From the human T2T-CHM13v2.0 reference genome, Homo sapiens: a stretch of 64,000 nucleotides of DNA. The stretch lies in NCBI RefSeq assembly GCF_009914755.1, contig NC_060930.1. The stretch is one strand, 5' to 3'. Made by a program: the position numbers and the translations under genes. Within the stretch, counting starts at the first letter, position 1. Every line of letters begins with the position of its first letter. Positions 38,587 through 57,472 of this stretch are shown piece after piece. The notes beneath the pieces are model-generated. The model worked only from the letters and a program-made list of their open reading frames with translations, was not told where the DNA came from and did not search any database.

Positions 38587-39056
38587 TATCTTCAAATATG
38601 ACAATCCACCATTGAATCAATTATCGACTTTTTCTAGAACTCTCATTATATGATTATTAGAGTTTTTTGAACTCCCTTCTGTGACTCTTCACTTCTCTTT
38701 CATATTTTTTGTTACTTTTTCACTCTGTAGTACTTTCTGGTGATATTTCCAGCTCATCAATTTTCTCTTCAATTGTGTTTGGTCTAGAGTTCCCATTCAA
38801 TTTGATCTATTGAATTTTTAGATTTCATTTATCATTGTTCTTATTTCTAGGATTTCAAGTTGATTCTTTTCCATATTCACCTAGTGATATTTTATTTCTG
38901 CCTTTTTAAAATTACTTTTTATTCATCTTTTAAATAAGTTTTTCTTTCCTTGATATCTTTGACCATCCAAAGAAGTAATGGCTCAATACAATAGCAGCTA
39001 TTTTTGATGATGTAGCAGCCCTAGGCAGGTGAACAGCTGTCCTCAGAAGAGTCATT

Positions 39057-40730
<1,674 letters not shown>

Positions 40731-40777
40731 CCCAAAACAAAAAACAGTTTTAGTTTATAGGCTCCTACTGAGTGGAA

Positions 40778-40890
40778 ATCTCTCTCTCTCTCTCTCTTTC
40801 TCTCCCCCCTTCTTCTCTCTTTCTCTCCCCCTCCCTCCTCTCACCTCTCTCCTCTCCTTCTTCCTCTTTCCTCTCCTCTTTCTCCACTTA
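40778..40890. repeat. CT-rich low-complexity tract
   Basis: Direct. Confidence 0.85.
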
Positions 40891-41824
40891 CCCCACCCTG
40901 CCTAGCAGTTTGCTGGTCACCTCCACCTGCCCCTCTCTCAGATCTCCCAGTCTTGAACCAAAACTTATATTGATGGCTTAGAAATTCCATGTTGTGGTGA
41001 GTGAGATACCTCACATTCTGCCTTTGACGCAGCAGGCAGCTTGGCTCAAGTCCTAGCTATACGGCTGGATCTCCTTTCTCCAGCCCTCCCTGGGTAGTTG
41101 CATAAGCCAGAGGCCCTGAAACAGAATATGCAGCCAGCAGTAACTTTTTCCAGCCTCCTTTGCAGGGAGAGCCCAATCCCATTGCCTAGGTGCATGAATG
41201 AGCCTGGCCCAGGACCACTGCCCCATGTGAAGTACATTTAGTGGCCATGACTTTGCAGCATATAAACTCTCATCCACTGTGCCTGTTTCAGGACCTAAAT
41301 CCAAAAGTCCTGTGACAGCACATCCCCCTGGCTTGTGCTTCTGTTACACTTCTGGTCCGTAGAAATTTTGTCTTGATTTTTAATGTGGCTATGATCTGTT
41401 GTCTTCTCTTTATATGTTATCTATCACTGATATGTGATTTTTTTTTGAAGATTTATGGTGGGAATAATGAACTTACAACACCATCTGGATCCTGGTGAAA
41501 CACAAAACCAAGACTCATTGTTGGGAGGGGTAGAAAAAGTAGATGGAAATTAACTGAAACTGGCAAGAAGTGAGAGGGACCAGTGGCCCTCCCTGTCAGC
41601 TGTTCTCTGTCATTCAATGCCCTGCATCCATAGAGAAGAGATACAGGTAGCATGGTGCCTTCACCCATAAATCAAAGGCTCCTCCGCAACTCATAGATGT
41701 CTCCGTGTAAGGGCAGGGAGTAGAGTCTTTATACAAAGATCCCTGGGTCCCAGGAGAAAATAAGTTGTAGTTATTCTCACTCCTATAAACTTCCTTGACA
41801 ATCAACATGCTGTATAAAGTAGCA

Positions 41825-42068
41825 GCATAGCACAGTGTGGTGGTAGAGGGCATGAGTATTGGGGCCAGAGAACCTAGGTTCAAGCCTCGTCTCTGCCACT
41901 TTGACCTGCAAGACCTTGGGCAGGTTGGTGAACCTCTCTGAGCCTCAGCTCTCTCATCTGCAAAATGAGGGTAATAATAGTGTCTTCCTAAAAGTTGTAT
42001 TTGTTTTAAATGAACAAGTATGTATAAAGTACCTGGTCGATAGCAGGTGCTACGTAAATATTTGTTAA
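41825..42068 (+). mobile_element. MIR
   Basis: ggttcaagcctcgtctctgccact...aacctctctgagcctcagctctctcatctgcaaaatgagg. Confidence 0.85.
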
Positions 42069-42087
42069 ATTAAAACATACACATAAA

Positions 42088-42424
42088 GCTGAGCACGGTG
42101 GCTCATGCCTGTAATCCCAGTACTTTGGGAGGCCAAGGCAGGCAGATTGCTTGAGCCCAGGAGTCCGAGACGAGCCTGGACAACATGGCGAATCCCTGTC
42201 TTTCCAAAAAAATACAGAAATTAGCCGGGTGTGGTGGTGCGTGCCTGTAGTCCAGCTACTTGGGAGGCTGAGATGCGATAATCACCTGAGCCTGGGGAGG
42301 TTGAGTCTGCGGTGAGCCATGATCATGCCACTGCACTCCAGCCTAGGTAACAGAGCGAGACTCTGCCCTTAAATAAATTAAATTAAATTAAATTAAATTA
42401 AATTAAATTAAATTAAATTAAAAT
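42088..42424 (+). mobile_element. AluJb-like with (TTAAA)n tail
   Basis: Dimer plus pentamer microsatellite tail. Confidence 0.95.
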
Positions 42425-42489
42425 ACACACTTAAGATGCAGCACTTCACACCACTACTTGGCCATCCCATCCACTGTCAGGGCCTCCCC

Positions 42490-43390
42490 ATCACTGATGA
42501 CTAATTCAAATCTCTGTCTCCAGCCTAGGCTCTCTCCAGACCCATAGCTGTTTATTCCCAGTGACGGCCTATGGGTCATCTCTACTGGGATATCGCACTG
42601 ACTCCTTAAACACAGTAAGCCCAAAACTAAACCACCTTGTCCTGTGTTCCCTCCTCAGTGTCAGCAGCACCTTCCACACTGAAAGAGACTCGGAGTCCTC
42701 CTCAATCCTGCATTCCATGTCACTCCCCACTCCGCCTCCTTCTCTCCAATATGCAAACCGCCTCCTTCTAATACACCCAAACTTCACTAGTCTTCCTCCT
42801 TCACACTCATCCTCTGCTCTCCACCCTCCTATTACTCACTGTTAGGTCCTGGCCTTCTGTAAGTGTCACATGAACTGTGGTTTTGTATCCGGTCTCTGGG
42901 TCTCTAATTCTGCCATTCCTCCGCCATCCCTCCACCCTGCTGTCAAGAGCAGTGTTGTATTACAAGCCTGATTACCTCTCTCTTCTTAAAACCCTTCAGT
43001 TGCCCTCAGAGCAAAGCCCAACCTCAGGATTCTGTGATCTGGACCCTCTTGCCTGGCAGATGTGCCCTCCCTCTGTGGCAGCCACACTTGGACCCCAGAT
43101 GCTTCTTCTCCCTGGAATGCCCTTCTCCACTCACTCTTGATGTACCTGGTGAAAACCTGTGGCACTTCCAAGACCCAAATCAAGGGTCACCGCCTTTTAA
43201 AAACTTTCTTGACTTTGTTTTGTTTTTGGCTCCATTCTGCCCTGTACAGACTTTTATCATAGACTTTATTTAACTTATTTGTTCACACAACCCGACTCTG
43301 AGCTCCTGGGAGGCACAGGCTGGGCCTTCTTCACCTGAATCTTTGCATCCCCAGCACCTAGAACAGCATCTAGAATACCATGGGCTGTCA
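42490..43390 (+). mobile_element. L2 fragment
   Basis: C/T-rich L2 body ending atccccagcacctagaacagcatct. Confidence 0.7.
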
Positions 43391-43792
43391 GTTTATGACA
43401 AAGGAACATCATGAAAGGCCTCAGCTGAGTGTCCATCCTGACAGAGGAAGGGCTAAGATCTTGGGGTAGAAACCAGACTGCTTGGGATGGATGCGGACAG
43501 GGAGGGGCAGGGCTTAGCAGTAACACGCTTTATACAGAATTTAATTCTTCAAGTCATAAGGCCTTAAGCAAAAGATTGATACATCTGATAACATAAAAGG
43601 CAAAAAATGTTAACCAGAAAAAACTACCCTAAAAACAAAGTAGGTGAAATATTTGCAATTCATATCACAAGATCATATTGTAATTTTCTCAATATACAAA
43701 GAGCTCTTACAAATCAGTAAGAAAAAAAATAATACATGCAATGAAGAAAAGTAGAGTATATAAATAGGCTTTCACAGAGAACATAAAAATGA

Positions 43793-44089
43793 TTTTTTCT
43801 GAGACAGGACCTCACTCTGTCACCCAACCTGGGGTACAGTGGCATGATCTTGGCTTACTGCAGCCTCAGCCTCCCAAGCTCAAGCTGTCCTCCCATCCCA
43901 GCTCCCTATCCCCTGAGCAGCTGGGACCACAGGCAAGCACCATCATGCCCAGCTAATTTTGTTTATTTTTTGTAGAGATGGGGTCTCACTATGTTGCCCA
44001 GGCTGGTTTGAACTCCTGTCCTCAAGTGATCCTCCCACCTCAGCCTCTTAAAATGTTGGGTTTACAGGCATAAGTCACTGCACCTGGTC
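43793..44089 (-). mobile_element. AluJ inside an L1ME-like fragment (~43560-44360)
   Basis: Reverse Alu; TSD-like aaaaatgat. Confidence 0.9.
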
Positions 44090-44670
44090 AAAAATGATGT
44101 TTTAACCATATGAAAACATGTTTTACTTTATTTATGATTAAATAAATGCAAATCCAAACAACCACAAGTGCCAATTTTCAGAATGGAAAAAGTGCGTAAG
44201 TCTGGCAATATTAATACATCATGTTGGCTCAGGTGGCCCAGGTATGGAGGAGCCCGCATTCATCAACGCTTTGGTGAAAATGGAACTTTTTGCAACATTT
44301 CCATACAGAAATTTGTCAATGTCTTTAACATTTTGAATTCACATACATTTAATCCAAATAATTGTATGGGGAAGGGAACAGGGAGGGGGTTGAGATAGGG
44401 AAAAGCTGGGCTGTGATTTCAGAATATATTTATTCTGCCATGACTTAAGCCCTGGGCTCTGCTCCAGAATTCTTGTCTGAATAGTTTGCTGTTCATGGAG
44501 GCTGTTTACATTATTGGTTCTTTTCTCAGCAGTCAGACATTGTTCCTTGGCTCTAGCACCAAGGAGTTGTGCTTCCCATCGTTAGAAAGATGATGCAAGA
44601 GGTCTGCCTTCAGTTTGACATGTTTGTTTTCAATAACAGGAATGTGTTTGTACAGCTCTTTAGTGAGCAC

Positions 44671-46833
<2,163 letters not shown>

Positions 46834-46936
46834 TAGTCATTGAAGAAGGATTCCAGTGTCCTCTGACAATGAACTCCAGCCTCATTGTGACACAGGTTAT
46901 CCATTTATAAAATCCTTATATAGAAATCTCCCTCCT

Positions 46937-47247
<311 letters not shown>

Positions 47248-47736
47248 AGAAATCTCCCTCCTGCGTAATAATGGGTCCTTGTTATGACATGGATGATGGG
47301 TAAACAAGCACAGTGTAACCTCTTGAGCACCTCCACAGTGACTTTCAGATTCCAAGTAAAAAGCATTCCAGAATGTGAAGGAATACGCTGAGCTTATCAC
47401 ACAGGGGCATTGCAGTATGGAGCTATCTAGCAACCAAGTTGAACTCAGTCCAACATCATTTTTACCACTCTGCAACAAATGTCCCCAGGCCTTCCCTTTC
47501 TACCTAAAAACCTTATTTGATTCTATTTAAATGTCTGTTAACTTTACTCTTCTGATTTAATCTTATCACTCTCTTCTCAGAAACCTTGAATAACTCACCC
47601 ATACCTAAGAGATAGAGTCTTTTATCTTATCATGGCACTCAGGGACCTCCCTGGCAGATCCCAAACCATCCTTCACATCTGTCTTCTCTATCTCAGTGCA
47701 CTTTATTCTCCAGGAACACTGTGGAGAAGGGAGTTA

Positions 47737-48056
<320 letters not shown>

Positions 48057-49387
48057 ATATGGAAAGTGAGAAAACTAAACTGAACCCTGAGGTGCTGTTT
48101 GGAATTGAAGACATTGGTGTAAAATCATAGATCTGAATCTATGTAGACAGCTATGGGAATCTATGTAGGCATGTTCCTGATATAAATCTAGGTATGTTCC
48201 TGATGTAAATCTATCTGATGTAAATCAGGAACATTCCTGGATAGATTCCGTGTCCACTGAGAAGTAGAAGCAACAGCACCCCAGTAACAATGCAAACGCC
48301 TAGTTGCTGGAAATATCATGAAGTTTTACATCTTTTTGCCCACGTATACCTAATCCTACAGTTTTCTACATTAAAACACCTCGGCTGTGCTCTGCCTACC
48401 AAAATTCCATTGAAGTGAAATTACAAAATGTAAAGCACCAAATACATGTCACCAACAATTTTTTATCCCTGACTCTCAATCAAAGTCTGGCTCAAATACT
48501 CTCTCTCCTGTGACACTTCGTTGGGAATATGCAAGCAGAATTCATGTCTCTTACCTCTATGCCCATGAATCATTTCCTGTGAGCCTCTAGAGAGCATCAG
48601 TGCATCCTTCTTTGTGTTGATGATGGCTGTTTACAAGTTCGGCTCTCCGACATCTCATGGATTTTTGTGGGAGGATGTGACTCTGTTTCTCTTTGTCTTC
48701 CTAGCCCCTAGCACAGGACCTGGAAAATATTAGGTGTTCAATAAAGGCATTTGGAATTAGAGGGAGTCTTTCTCCACAAAATAGACTGGAGCTCACTGGC
48801 CTGCCTCCAGAGCCAAGCCTTGACCTCATTTGCACTGAACTCTGCCCAAGGAAGCTGACCATTCATAGGGAATCCAGGACAAAGCCACCAGGGCCCTTTG
48901 TTCCAGCCCTATTTCTATAGACTATTTCACTTTGCTGAACAAGAGGACGTCTTCAGAGAGCTGACATGCCCGCTTGCCAGGTCTTTCACAGAAATGTTTT
49001 ATTTGATGCTTTGCTTTTGCTGCAGAGTAAGTCTCTCTCCACTTTGCAGCCAGAATACTGGACACATGAAAGGAATGTTCCTGTTTTGATAACAGCTTCC
49101 TTAGAGCTTGGCTCTACTGGGCTGGGCAAGGAAATGACCACATTCTGGCTCCCAGGGAAGGCTGTGGAACTCCAAATATGTGGGACTGAGGGAAGCTCCT
49201 GCCCAGGAAGAAAGCTGTTGTCAGACGGAGATGAAAATCCCAGTGTTCTTGGCTCAGGGGGTTTTCTTCATTAACTGTGCAATCAGCAAAGAGCAGTAGA
49301 GAGATACTTTGCAGCCCAAGGATCTTAGATGGCGAGAGGCAATGGGAAATCTTCCCATTGAGGTCCCATCTGACCTCCGTGATGGCC

Positions 49388-51017
49388 TCCATTCATTTTA
49401 TATTGCTACCAGAACAAACCCCCACAAATTCAGTGGCTTAAAACAACACCTATGTATTATCTCACAGTTCTGTAGCTCAGAAGTCTGGGTACAGTGTGGT
49501 TCAACTGGGTCTTCTTTTTACTTTTATTTTTATTTTATTTGTTTAGAGATAGTGTCTTGCTTGCTCTGTCGCCCAGGCTGGAGTAGAAGTGGCACAATCA
49601 TAGCTTATTGTGAAACCACCATTGCAAAATTATAACTGAGACAGTGAAATAGATCTGATCTAACCAACTCCATCTTGCTTCTAACCTCCAAGCTGTCCTT
49701 GCTCATTCCTGGGTGTAGGCCAAAGTAACTTTGGGAGGAATTTAGTTTGTAGTTTATAGTTTAAAACAGCCCTTTCCCAAAACAAACCTTCTTCTTGCCT
49801 GGGGACTAGACTGACTTTGTAGGACAAACAAATTAGCCACAAGATTAGAAATTATGATTTAAGAGTCATGTAACTGGAGGCTACAAGATTCTGACCCTCC
49901 CCAAATTGCTCCTGGGATAACATCACTATTGTAAAAACTAAGATCAGTGCTTGAGATATTTTGAAGACCCTGCACTTGATGGATCCACTGGCACCACTCA
50001 GATTGATAAACTGGCTCATCTGATCTTGCGGTCCCCACCCAGGAACTGACTCAGTGTAAGAGGACAGCTTCGACTCCCTATTATTTCATCTCTGACCTTA
50101 CTAATCAGCACTGCCGACTCACCGGCCCCCACCCACCAAATTATCCTTAAAAACTCTGATCTCCGAATGCACGAGGAGACTGATTTGAGTAATCATAAAA
50201 CTCTGGTCTCCTGCACAGCTGGCTCTGCGTGAATTACTCTATTGCAATTCTCCTGTCTTGATAAATCAGCCTTGTCTAAGCAGCAGGCAAGGTGAACCTG
50301 TTGGGCAGTTACAATTGCAGCCTTAAACTCCCAGACTACCACCTCAGCCTACCTGAGTAGCTGGGACTACAGGCAGGCATCACCACACCTGGCTAATTTC
50401 TGTCTGGTTTTGTTTTGTTTTTTGTAGAGATGGGATCTCACTATATTGCCCAAGCTGGTCTCAAACTCCTGGGCTCAAGTGATCCTCCCACCTCAGCCTT
50501 TCAAAGTGCTAGGGTTACAAGTGGGAACCACCACACTCAGAGTGGGTCCTCTTTAGAGTTTCATGGGGTGAAATCAAGCTATCAGCAGAACCACAATCCT
50601 TAGTGGGGGCCCCAGAGAAGAATCTGCTTCCAAACTCACCCAGATGCCTGGCCGAATTCAGTTGCCTGTGCTTGCCAGTTGAGGGCCATCCTCAGTTTCT
50701 AGAGGCCTCTCCTGAATCCTTGCACAAGGCTCCTACTTCTCAGAGCCAGCAACGGCACACTGAATCCCTTCTCAGAACTGCACATTGAATCTCCTTGACT
50801 TCCTTTCTGCTGCGTCTCTCTGACTCCACCCAGAGAGAGTTTCCTGCTTTTAAGAGGGCAGATAATTGAATTGAGCCCACCTGGAGAGTCTCCCTATCTT
50901 AAGGTCAGTCATCTACTTCCATCTGTAAACTCCCTTTGGCCATGTAAGGTAACATATTCCCAAGTTCCAGGCATTATGGCGTGGACTTCGCTGGGGGACC
51001 ATATTGGACCTATGACA
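49388..51017 (-). mobile_element. MLT1D/E-like LTR split by an AluJ (49515-50540, minus strand)
   Basis: agtggcttaaaacaacac...ctcacagttctg at left; gccatgtaaggtaacatattcccaagttccagg at right; Alu TSD-like tgggtc(t/c)tcttt. Confidence 0.8.
49611..50313 (+). mobile_element. LTR8 (ERV1) solo LTR
   Basis: TGAAACCACCATTGCAAAATTATAACTGAGACAG...GTTACA; 4-bp TSD attg. Confidence 0.92.
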
Positions 51018-51334
51018 AGGCCCTACATTTTCATTACAAAAGTAGGACTCCACCTGGCATGAGTATAATTGGGCTTTTTCTTGGGAGAGTACAGCTGGTC
51101 TTTGTTTTGCAATTTGCAGAAAAAAGTTTTAAATCTCCAAATATAGAAAATCTAGGTCTTTGAGCATGTTTCCGAGACACATTACTGTTTATCCTTACGC
51201 TTATGAGATTGTACCCACAGCCAATCCCTGACATCTGGGAACTGCCAAGAGGGACAGACAGATCCAGAGAGCCCAGGAATGATGTCCAAGAGGTTCCTCA
51301 GGGCTAGGTGAGAGACCAGTATTAGAATACACAG

Positions 51335-51499
51335 AGCCAGGCATGGCAGATCATGCCTGTAATCCAAGCACTTTGTGAGGCCAAGGCAGGAGGATTGCTT
51401 GAGTCTAGGAGTTTGAGATCAGCCTGGGCAACATAGCAAGGCTTTGAATCTAAAAAACAAAACAAAACAACAACAACAAAAACAAACAAACAAAAAAAA
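51335..51499 (+). mobile_element. FLAM / Alu monomer
   Basis: Single monomer with AAC-rich tail. Confidence 0.85.
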
Positions 51500-52532
51500 C
51501 GACAGCATCAGTTATTAAAGGACATGCACTTAAAGGTAGGTCCAAAACATGCTGAAATTCCCATTTTTTGAAGGCATGGCCAACACTCAGGGTCTAGGAT
51601 CATATCTAAGACAAGCTGGAAAAACTGATGATGGGCACAAGTTCTAATGGAAGCAACCAGCCTCCATTATCAGAACTGGGGAGACCTACTTGCAGGTATT
51701 TGGTACAGCCAAGGGAAACTGAGATTCAAGAAAGGAAATCCATTTTCTGGAAGAGCTGGGGTAGCAAGCAGGGACTATATAATAAGGAATAAATGCAGAA
51801 AGTGGGTTTCTATGTCAAAGCAGGTCCAAAAATGGGATCAGCTAAATAAGAATAGGTAGGCCCTATAGCGGCCCGGCTTTGGGGTTAAATCAGATCCACT
51901 GGGCTCTGGGACAAAGTCAAAACTTTAGGGAGTGGGAAGGAGGCCACTTATATGTCCTGTTCAAGGCACGGTAGATATAACTGTGTGCAAATCACATCCC
52001 TGCCTTCAAGGATCATATAGTCTAGGAGGCAGTTATTCTACCACGTGGCAGGGCTGTGGCAGCACACAGGAAGAATGAGAAAGGCTTCTAGAAGTGGTTC
52101 TGCGTAAAGACCTAATGATCAAGGAAAAGTTAGGTTAATGAATAGGTAGTCTCCAGCAAAGATGGGGCAAGACCTAGAATGGGAAGAGAACATGGCATTT
52201 TAGGAGTTTAGCAAGTAGTTTATCAAGAACGTGGCGTATGTAATATGAAGTCCACTTTCCTCCCACTAAAATCTCACTGTCCAATGTTTCATTTTCACTT
52301 CGAGCATTTGGACAGTGTTTTAATGCTGTTATTGTTGTGAGAATGTCTGGAATTGGCTAGAAATGTCTCCCTCCTTCTCCCCTCTTCTTCTCCCAATACC
52401 CCTGACCCTCACTCCAAATGTCAGGATTCAAGACTAACCAAGTAGCACAAAATTTTATTTCAGCACTGAAAGAGATGGAGCTGAGACTGCTCCTTCAGTG
52501 CCTCCTCTATTTGCTGAGGTCCAACTCACTTC

Positions 52533-52550
52533 TTGGCCCCCCTGGCGGCC
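52533..52550 (-). promoter_or_regulatory. CTCF-like motif
   Basis: Reverse complement GGCCGCCAGGGGGGCCAA; one mismatch to the core CCRSYAGRKGGC. Confidence 0.3.
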
Positions 52551-53308
52551 TTGGGTGCCATCATGACTGGCACTCCTCTGGGGTTCATAGTCACCAATTT
52601 GGAAATGAATCTTGGACCAGAAGGACACACTTCTCTGTTTCTCAGAAATGACTTCCAGCCAGAAAGACATGTGCTTTATTTTTTTTCCACTGAATCTTTA
52701 TGCTACCTACTCTCTATGTTATCTACTTGATTTGTCTAGTCACGGTCCCTGCTCAATCTGAATGGTCAAGACAATCACTCCATTCAACAAGCATGGTCAA
52801 AACCATAAAGCTATGCATTGTCTTACACCAAGTCAGGAATGCTAATTGGCTGAAATTTTGTTGGGCCAGAATATGAAGATAAACTAGAATACTTGAGGGT
52901 TAAACCATCTACTTCAGTTAAGTAAAGTTCATTATTGAAGAGAAATGTTGTTCTAATGCTGTGCCTTCTGTTTCATATCTGTTTTTTAATGTTGAGTCAA
53001 GGGAATCCTGCTTGGCAAGTAATTATCATGCTCTGCTTTCCCTAAATAACATTTAAACATCCCCTTGTAAATGTAGCAAATACCTCTCCCCGAATTTTTA
53101 GCATGCTTGGAATTGTGTATGGCTTGAGACCAACCAAGTTTTGCTAATAGCACACGTAACCAAAGGCAAGCAGGAGTGAAGCAGTGGCTTCATCAAGGTG
53201 CACTAACTCTGAAAGGTCTGTCTGCTCCAGCTGGTTTCTCCTCCTTCCTGGGTGCGGTCCCAAGAATGCAGGTACTAGAAATCTGTGGAGCTGCTGTAAC
53301 TAAGCCTC

Positions 53309-53796
53309 TAAACTAGTCCGGGTTCTCCAGAAAAACAGAACCAGTAGGATGTATATACACACAGAGGGTACAAAGGGAGGTTTCTTTTAAGGAAATGGCT
53401 CACACAATTATGGAGGCTGGCTAACCCAAAATCTGCAGGGTGGCCTGTAGGCTGGAGACCCAGGAGAGCCGATGCTGCAGTTCAGTTTCAAAGGTCATCA
53501 GGCTGAGAACCCAGGAAAGAACCAATGCCTCAGTTTGAGTCCAAAGGCTGTCTGCTGGCAGAATTTCCTCCTGCTTGGGGAAGGTCAGTCTTTTGTCCTA
53601 TTCAGGCCTTCAACTGATTGTATGAGACCCACCCATACTGTGGAGGGCGATCTGCTTTACTCAAAGTCGGCTTTCCTCAAACTGATTTAAATGTTAATCT
53701 CATCCAAAACACTCTCATAGAAACATCCAGAATAATGCTTGACCACATTCCTGGGCCATGACCCAGCCACACTGACACATAAAATTAACCATCACA
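53309..53796 (-). mobile_element. MLT2 (C/D-like) solo LTR
   Basis: Ends aaaattaaccatcaca; TSD gcctc on both sides. Confidence 0.9.
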
Positions 53797-55246
53797 GCCT
53801 CTAATTAGGATATTCTCCCTTTCCTTCTCTGACAAAGGCCCCAGGACCTTTGTAGCTTCTCTCCTTTCTGTGGCTGTCCCACCTCTTGCTCCCCTGGGTT
53901 GTTCTGTCCCAAACCTGGCTGAAGAGAGAACTCAACCTCCCTACCTTGTAACACTGAAGACGAGCAGGTGTACAGGCCCATTCTGTCTGCAAGGTTTTCT
54001 ACTAATCATGACCAGAAACAAAGTATAATAACAACTAAAAATGGGGAGGATCCAGGGTTAGACAATCACACTGTGCTCTTCCCATTTGTTCTGTCTCCCT
54101 TTCTGACATTGTAACTGGACATTTTGGGCTTCTGTTATCTATGTATGTCCTTGAAGGTTGATCTTAACTGACCATGATTCTCCGAACACGGCAAGTTCCA
54201 ACAGGGCAAAACAGAAGCCAACGCGAAGGCCTTTAATCTACAGAGGGTGGTTTGCATTTCTGAGGAAACTTCCAACTGCTCCCTCTGGCTCTGTTCTTGC
54301 AGGGACATTCCCTTGGGACATATTCTCCCTGGAGGCTTGTCCTACAGAGGAATTTATAAAATCTTTAGAACATTGTGTATAACCATTTCAAAGAACTTAG
54401 GTTTTTAACTTAGCAGAAAACAAACAGTTATTAATCCTTTCTCTTCCTCTACCCCTCACTTTATAACAGTAAAGTCAAGAATTCCACCTTTTCTGAAAAA
54501 GAACGCAGTGGATCTGTGCTGAGGCCATCAGCACTGCCCGCTGTCCAGCCCTCTCTCCCTTCCAGATCCAGTGCCTGCCATGTTCCTTGTCCCCATCCAT
54601 TCTTGGGCTCACCTTCCAGCCCTTTCCACAGCCAAGCCAGGTGGACAAAACTGTGGCACGTTGCAGCTTTTTCTCACCTCTTCTTAATTATTTAGACTCT
54701 TTTCCGACTTTTACTATTATTATATTAGTGGGGGAAAAAAGGATGTAGAATCTTAAGCATGGTAGAAACCATCGGAAGAGGACACGATATGAAAATGTTT
54801 GCTGAGTGTGTGTTTAATTCCTGTCCTGACTGTGCTTTCTTTTTCCATCATCTCAGAGATGAGTCAAAAACCTCACCTGGTCGCCTCCTCATGGTCCTCC
54901 ATCCTATCTGCTCTCCCTACCCCTCAGTCCACCCTGCACATGGCTCTCAGGTTACTCTTCCCCTAATGCATCCCCTTGAGAGATATTTTCCCACTCAAGC
55001 ATTTCAATGGGTCCCCAGTCCCTACACAATACCTTCCACAATCCGGTCATAATCTGCCTTTCTCAACAGATTCACTCACTCTCTCATTCACTCATTCATT
55101 CAAATACATCTGTATGGAGCACCTGCTAGGTGCCAGGCCCTGGAGACCCAGGTCAAGAGTAAGCTAGGGTAGACCCAGTCTCTGCTCTCAAGGGCTCACA
55201 GCCTGGCTGGGAAGATGGGGGCGCCTATAAATCATTTCGATGAAAT

Positions 55247-55296
55247 GTGATGATGATGATGATGATGATGATGATAACGATGATGATGATGACGAC
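55247..55296. repeat. (GAT)n microsatellite
   Basis: Direct. Confidence 0.95.
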
Positions 55297-57472
55297 AAAA
55301 AGGAAAGATGGCACTGGGATCTTCTCCCCATTTGTGTGGGTAAACTCTTTGCACTTGGCTGGTTTCCTCATCAAACACTGAAAACGCAACACATTCCATC
55401 CTCAGAGCATTTGCTCAGCCATCCCTCTCCCCCTTTGGTTCCTCTTCCCATGTGCACACCCATCTGTCCTTCAAGGCCCAGGTCCTGTCCTGCCTTCTCT
55501 GTTGAGTTTTTTCTCATCCACAAAGCCCGCAAAGAACTCTCATTTCCACGCACCCACAAACACTCATAATGAGCCCAAAGCAGGGTCACACAAGAACTTC
55601 TAGGCCCCACAAATGCAGCATCCTACATTCCACGTTGTCACAAGAGGAATCCACGTCCAAGTACTCCCAGCCCACATTTGGGGGTAGCAAGAGACCACAC
55701 ATCCCCACTCAGCCCTCACCCAGCCCTCAAAGCTCCAGGCACTGCGCACGTGCTACCTGCCTCTTCACAGCCACACTGCAGATATTTGTCACTGTCACTG
55801 CTGCTTTGCGGGAGAAAACATGAGGCTGCAAGAGGTGGAGTACAGTGCATGAGTGTCCCCATGTTGTCTGGCCACCTGCAGGATGTGACCAGGCCTATCT
55901 CCTGCAGCCTTCAAAGCTTTCCTCCCACACTGCCCCCTCACCCAGCCCCCCACCCCCAGCTCGGGAGCTGGTTCCCCACCAGGGAGGAGCACCATGGATA
56001 TTCCAAGAACCCCTGACTTGCTGACTTTCTAGAGAAGGCACCACTTTACTGCAGTTATCCCCCCAGGGCTGAGCTGCAAACAATGCCACATGTCAGCATA
56101 TGAAGGCTCTGGACCCAACTCAGGAACCCCAGCCCATCATTCAGACACCTGTGATCAGCCTTGTTATCTGTCTTCCTTCAGAGGTGCAGTGTCCAGTGGA
56201 AGCTGGACCGCAAGACACAGGGACCCCAGAGAACAAAAGCAGTGGCACGGTGGGTGCATGCTGGCCTGGAAGGTGGGCTGGGCCTCAGATTCTAGCCCTG
56301 TCTCAGCCACAAGGATTCAGAGCTATCACTTACTGTGGCTTATGTGTCCCGTGTGAGCTACATTCTTCACATGCTGTGTCTTGTCAACTCCTCTAGTCAC
56401 CAGAGTCTGGTGTGCAACAAGGGAGGGAGCTTAGCCAGTAACACTCACTGACTGGGTGCCACACACAAGCATTTCTCAGTTCTCTACAGAGTCCTTGTGT
56501 CAGCTGGCAAGTGCCTGCACTGCTCCAGCTAAAGGGTGAAGCAAATACACATCACTGAAGGCAAAGACCTGTCCAGGTGAGAAAGGATTCCAAACCATGA
56601 CACAGGAATTCTGTCACTCTGCCCTTCCTAAAAATATGCACACATAGCACGGCCATCTGCACTCTCTTTGTTCTCCATGAGCTCCTAGAGCTTCCCAGTT
56701 GGTTCCATACCATCTCCATTATTCTACCAGGCCCTGGAGGATGTGCTGACTTCACCCTGTGTCTACACGTAGGCACATACGTGCACAAACACATGTGCAC
56801 ACCCACTCTTACTCTTCTTATCTCAGATTCGCAAAATGAGAGTGCTGCAGGAGTCATGAAAGAATCTCCAATGGGCAATAACAAAACATCCTTCCATATC
56901 AGTAAGTGTTTCCCCATGACACTAATCCATTTGTAAAAATAAAATTGGGAGGTAGAGCTGGCCTATCATTTCTAAGGTTGCCTCTCTCCCTGCCCTTCTG
57001 ATCCCAAATGGCTTAGGCTTCCTGGTAATGCTTTGGAATCGACTTTTCCCTCTCATCAGTCTATACTAGCCCACCCCAGGAGGCCAGCTCACCTGTGGGA
57101 GGTGGGGAAGCCATCTCCCACCTTGCTACCTTCAAATCCACAATTTCTTTTGGATGGAGTGACTTCTCGAGTCCCTTGGATGTCTTCCCAGAGATGGTTC
57201 CTGCATATCCTTAGTGGGGAGATTGGCACAAAGCACCAGCAGTCCCAGGAGACCCTAAGCCCTCCTTTATCTCTAGGGGATAAAGACCTTCTGCTGGCTT
57301 TATGGACTTGGAGACCTCTCCCACTCTCAGTTCAAGGTATCTTTGGCAATTACCACTTTCAACTAACCTTCTGGAAAGTTCTCTCACCCTCATCTCTCTT
57401 ACATCCCATTCTCATTCCTGTTTCTTTTCTTTCTCAGGATAACGTAGCAGTTAAAAGCTAGGGCTTTGGGGT

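Noticed and set aside
55240-55569. Poly-Asp ORF
   Set aside because: Translation of a (GAT)n microsatellite.
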